Both the position numbers and the translations under genes were made by a program. Positions 31,733 through 33,974 of a stretch of 33,974 nucleotides of DNA are shown piece after piece. Under the pieces are notes generated by a model. That model did no database searches. It was not told the origin of the DNA and saw only the letters and a list, made by a program, of their open reading frames with translations. The DNA is from Patescibacteria group bacterium (GTDB lineage: Bacteria > Patescibacteriota > Minisyncoccia > Phycocordibacterales > Phycocordibacteraceae): the NCBI GenBank assembly GCA_040390955.1, contig JAZJXK010000011.1, positions 1 through 33,974 on the forward strand, given 5' to 3'. Positions within the stretch are counted from its first letter, which is position 1, and the number at the start of each line of letters is the position of its first letter.

Positions 31733-33974
31733 TTAGGCAATGTCAGCAATCCTATCTCGTGCATCTTCCTGCTCCATTTCAAGCTCCATTTGGCGTGCGC
31801 GCTTCTCTTGGAACGCGTGAATAGCGGCGTGTTTCTTACTGCCAGCAAAACCAGTTCCTGCTGGAATAATACGTCCCACGATGACGTTCTCCTTAAGACC
31901 AGACAAGAGGTCAACAGTTCCTTTAAGTGATGCAGTAATAAGAGTGCGTGTTGTGTGCTGGAAGGACGCCGCAGAGAGGAAACTCTTACGGTTCAAGGAA
32001 ACTTCGGTAATACCTAAGACCATACGATCGTATTTGATTGGTTCCTTAGCTGCATCGGTAAGCTCTCTGTTTGCAACATACATGGTACCCATTTCGATGA
32101 CTTCGTTCTTAACGAATTCACTGTCTCCTGGATCAGTAATACGTACTCTCGAGAACATCTGACGAATAATAACTTCCATGTGTTTATGCGACACTGGTGC
32201 TCCTTGCAAATCGTAAATCTTTGCAACTTCGTCAATCATGTAGTTTTGCACTCGTTCTGCACCGCCAAACTTGAAAAGTTCATCAAGGTCAATGGAACCG
32301 TCGGTCAAGGCATCGCCCTTCTCAACGTGTCCACCAGCTTGCACCAAAGTAACGCGACGTGCTGGCACGAGGTATTCAATTTTATCTTTTTTGTCTGACG
32401 CGCCATCAGGAATGATGACAATTGTCTTCACACCCATATCATCTCTAATTTCAGCAACGTCACCAGTAACTTCAGAAAGGAGTGCCGCAGCCTTTGGTGG
32501 ACGCTTGTCGAAGAGTTCTTCAATACGTGGGAGACCGTTGGTGATGTCGCCACCGATTGTTGCAACACCTCCTGTGTGGAAGGTACGCATTGTAAGCTGT
32601 GTACCTGGTTCGCCGATTGCTTGCGCTGCAATAGTTCCTACTGCTTCACCGATGTCGATGAGTTCACGTGTTGCAAGGTCTGCACCGTAACACTTCTGAC
32701 ACACGCCACGCTCTGCAACACATGACATTGGTGAGCGAACTGTTGCCTCACGAACATCGAGTGATGCTATTTCAGTTGCATCTTCTTTTGAAAGAAATGC
32801 TCCACGCTTCCATGTCTTATCTCCGACGACGAGTTCTTTTGCAAGCACACGTCCAACGAGAAGCTTGCCGAGGTCTGCTTCCATGCCAGTTGAGCGAAGA
32901 CGTCGTACGACAATGCCATTTTTTGTACCGCAGTCAGGAATTGAAACCATGATGTCTTGCGCCACGTCGAAGAGTCTGCGTGTAAGGTATCCTGCGTGCG
33001 CAGTTTTAAGCGCAGTGTCGGTAAGACCCTTTCTAGATCCGTGCGTTGTGGTGAAATATTCAGTTGGCGTGAGACCCTCCTTCATTGACGAAACTACCGG
33101 GAATTCAATGACACCTCCTGCAGTGTTTGTCACAAGACCCTTCATACCTGCCATCTGCGAGAGTTGGCGTACCGAGCCTCGAGCACCTGAAACAACCATG
33201 GTGAAGACCGATGAGAGAGTATCGAGTGATGGCAAAATTTCTTTTTCGATGTCACCAATTGCCTTCTGCCAAATTTCGATGGTAAGGCGAAGCTTTTCTT
33301 CTGCAGTCAAAAGACCATCTTCATATTGATCATTCATTTCCTGCACATCCTTGCGAGCAGCATCAACGAGTACTTTCTTTCCTTTTGGAACAGCAAGGTC
33401 ATTGAAGCTGAATGAAACACCAGACTTTGTTGCAAACTCAAAACCGAAACGCTTAATCTTATCCAAGATTCCCGGAGTCTTCTCAAGGCCGTAGATGCGA
33501 ATCACATCATCAACAAGTTTGCCGAGCTGCTGCTTTTTAATTTCAGCATTGATGAAGAGGTAGTCCTTAGGAAGGATTGAGTTAAAGAGGAGGCGTCCAA
33601 CGGTTGTCTCAAAGCGCTCACCCTTGAAGGCTGCGTACTTTGGATTGTCTTTCGTTGGCTCTACCAAAATCTTTGCATGGATGCCGACATCGCCAAAGTC
33701 GTACGCAAGAATTGCTGCGTTTGGACTTGGGAAGTATTTTCCATCACCCTTTTCATTTGGAATATCACGCGTCATCCAGTAAATACCAAGCGCAATATCA
33801 AGAGGCTTTTCGAAGATAACTGGTTGTCCAGAACCTGGCTTCAAGACGTTCTTTGCAGCGGACATTATTGTCTCTGCCTCCATCTGAGCTTCGGTTGAGA
33901 GAGGTACGTGGACGGCCATTTGGTCTCCGTCGAAGTCCGCGTTGAATGCAGGACATACAAGCGGATGCAATTGA
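31733..33974 (-). CDS. rpoC: DNA-directed RNA polymerase beta' subunit, C-terminal two-thirds. The N-terminus lies beyond the window end.
   Basis: The catalytic [12 protein letters not shown] motif lies at the window edge. The reading frame stays open through 33974, and the track's first M is really an in-frame TTG Leu (..[18 protein letters not shown]). Confidence 0.95.
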   Translation of the reverse strand, partial: QLHPLVCPAFNADFDGDQMAVHVPLSTEAQMEAETIMSAAKNVLKPGSGQPVIFEKPLDIALGIYWMTRDIPNEKGDGKYFPSPNAAILAYDFGDVGIHAKILVEPTKDNPKYAAFKGERFETTVGRLLFNSILPKDYLFINAEIKKQQLGKLVDDVIRIYGLEKTPGILDKIKRFGFEFATKSGVSFSFNDLAVPKGKKVLVDAARKDVQEMNDQYEDGLLTAEEKLRLTIEIWQKAIGDIEKEILPSLDTLSSVFTMVVSGARGSVRQLSQMAGMKGLVTNTAGGVIEFPVVSSMKEGLTPTEYFTTTHGSRKGLTDTALKTAHAGYLTRRLFDVAQDIMVSIPDCGTKNGIVVRRLRSTGMEADLGKLLVGRVLAKELVVGDKTWKRGAFLSKEDATEIASLDVREATVRSPMSCVAERGVCQKCYGADLATRELIDIGEAVGTIAAQAIGEPGTQLTMRTFHTGGVATIGGDITNGLPRIEELFDKRPPKAAALLSEVTGDVAEIRDDMGVKTIVIIPDGASDKKDKIEYLVPARRVTLVQAGGHVEKGDALTDGSIDLDELFKFGGAERVQNYMIDEVAKIYDLQGAPVSHKHMEVIIRQMFSRVRITDPGDSEFVKNEVIEMGTMYVANRELTDAAKEPIKYDRMVLGITEVSLNRKSFLSAASFQHTTRTLITASLKGTVDLLSGLKENVIVGRIIPAGTGFAGSKKHAAIHAFQEKRARQMELEMEQEDARDRIADIA

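Noticed and set aside
28538-33898. Numerous antisense or alternate-frame ORFs inside rpoD, dnaG and rpoC (for example 28612..29121, 29583..29798, 30929..31426, 32271..32690, 32865..33329)
   Set aside because: They are embedded in universally conserved genes with unambiguous motifs. They are typical shadow ORFs in moderately GC-balanced DNA.
1-33974. CRISPR arrays, IS elements or integrases, prophage boundaries, or stop-codon reassignment (UGA recoding as in some CPR lineages)
   Set aside because: I found no regularly spaced direct repeats with unique spacers and no transposase or integrase motifs. All conserved genes terminate at normal lengths, with TGA, TAA and TAG all used as stops.

Overview
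This is a densely packed chromosomal segment. I infer a small-genome, CPR/Patescibacteria-like bacterium using the standard genetic code, since all long ORFs close without recoding. I support about 40 protein genes. Housekeeping genes are rpoC (partial), dnaG, rpoD, hisS, prmC, purF, lexA, uppP, glpX and a class I aldolase. Envelope and export genes are two MFS transporters, an ABC-2 exporter, GtrA, two DedA paralogs, a GT4 glycosyltransferase, a DsbA-like protein, an S41 peptidase, a CAP-domain protein and a large Ig-like surface protein with a peptidoglycan-binding domain. Several small unknown ORFs are also present. There is no CRISPR array, rRNA, transposase or integrase.

The strongest non-routine signal is a tRNA-Asn(GUU) gene at 1911-2201. 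A 219-nt group I (IC3-like) intron at 1945-2163 splits its anticodon loop, and a free-standing HNH endonuclease gene lies next to it, transcribed divergently.

The second recurring signal is a set of degenerate 7-nt-periodic tandem repeats, often paired as inverted arrays. They sit at gene boundaries and once lie in frame inside dnaG.

Other points worth checking:
- a 52-bp perfect palindrome in a divergent promoter region
- a Cheo-type LexA box that relocates the lexA start
- a J-like domain without HPD inside the S41 peptidase
- a DnaG with 3 of 4 zinc ligands replaced
- a histone-H1-like basic tail on RpoD
- a cassette of a transglutaminase-like protein, RadC and two unknown proteins

All functional calls rest on motif recognition from memory. 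No database search or RNA folding program was run.
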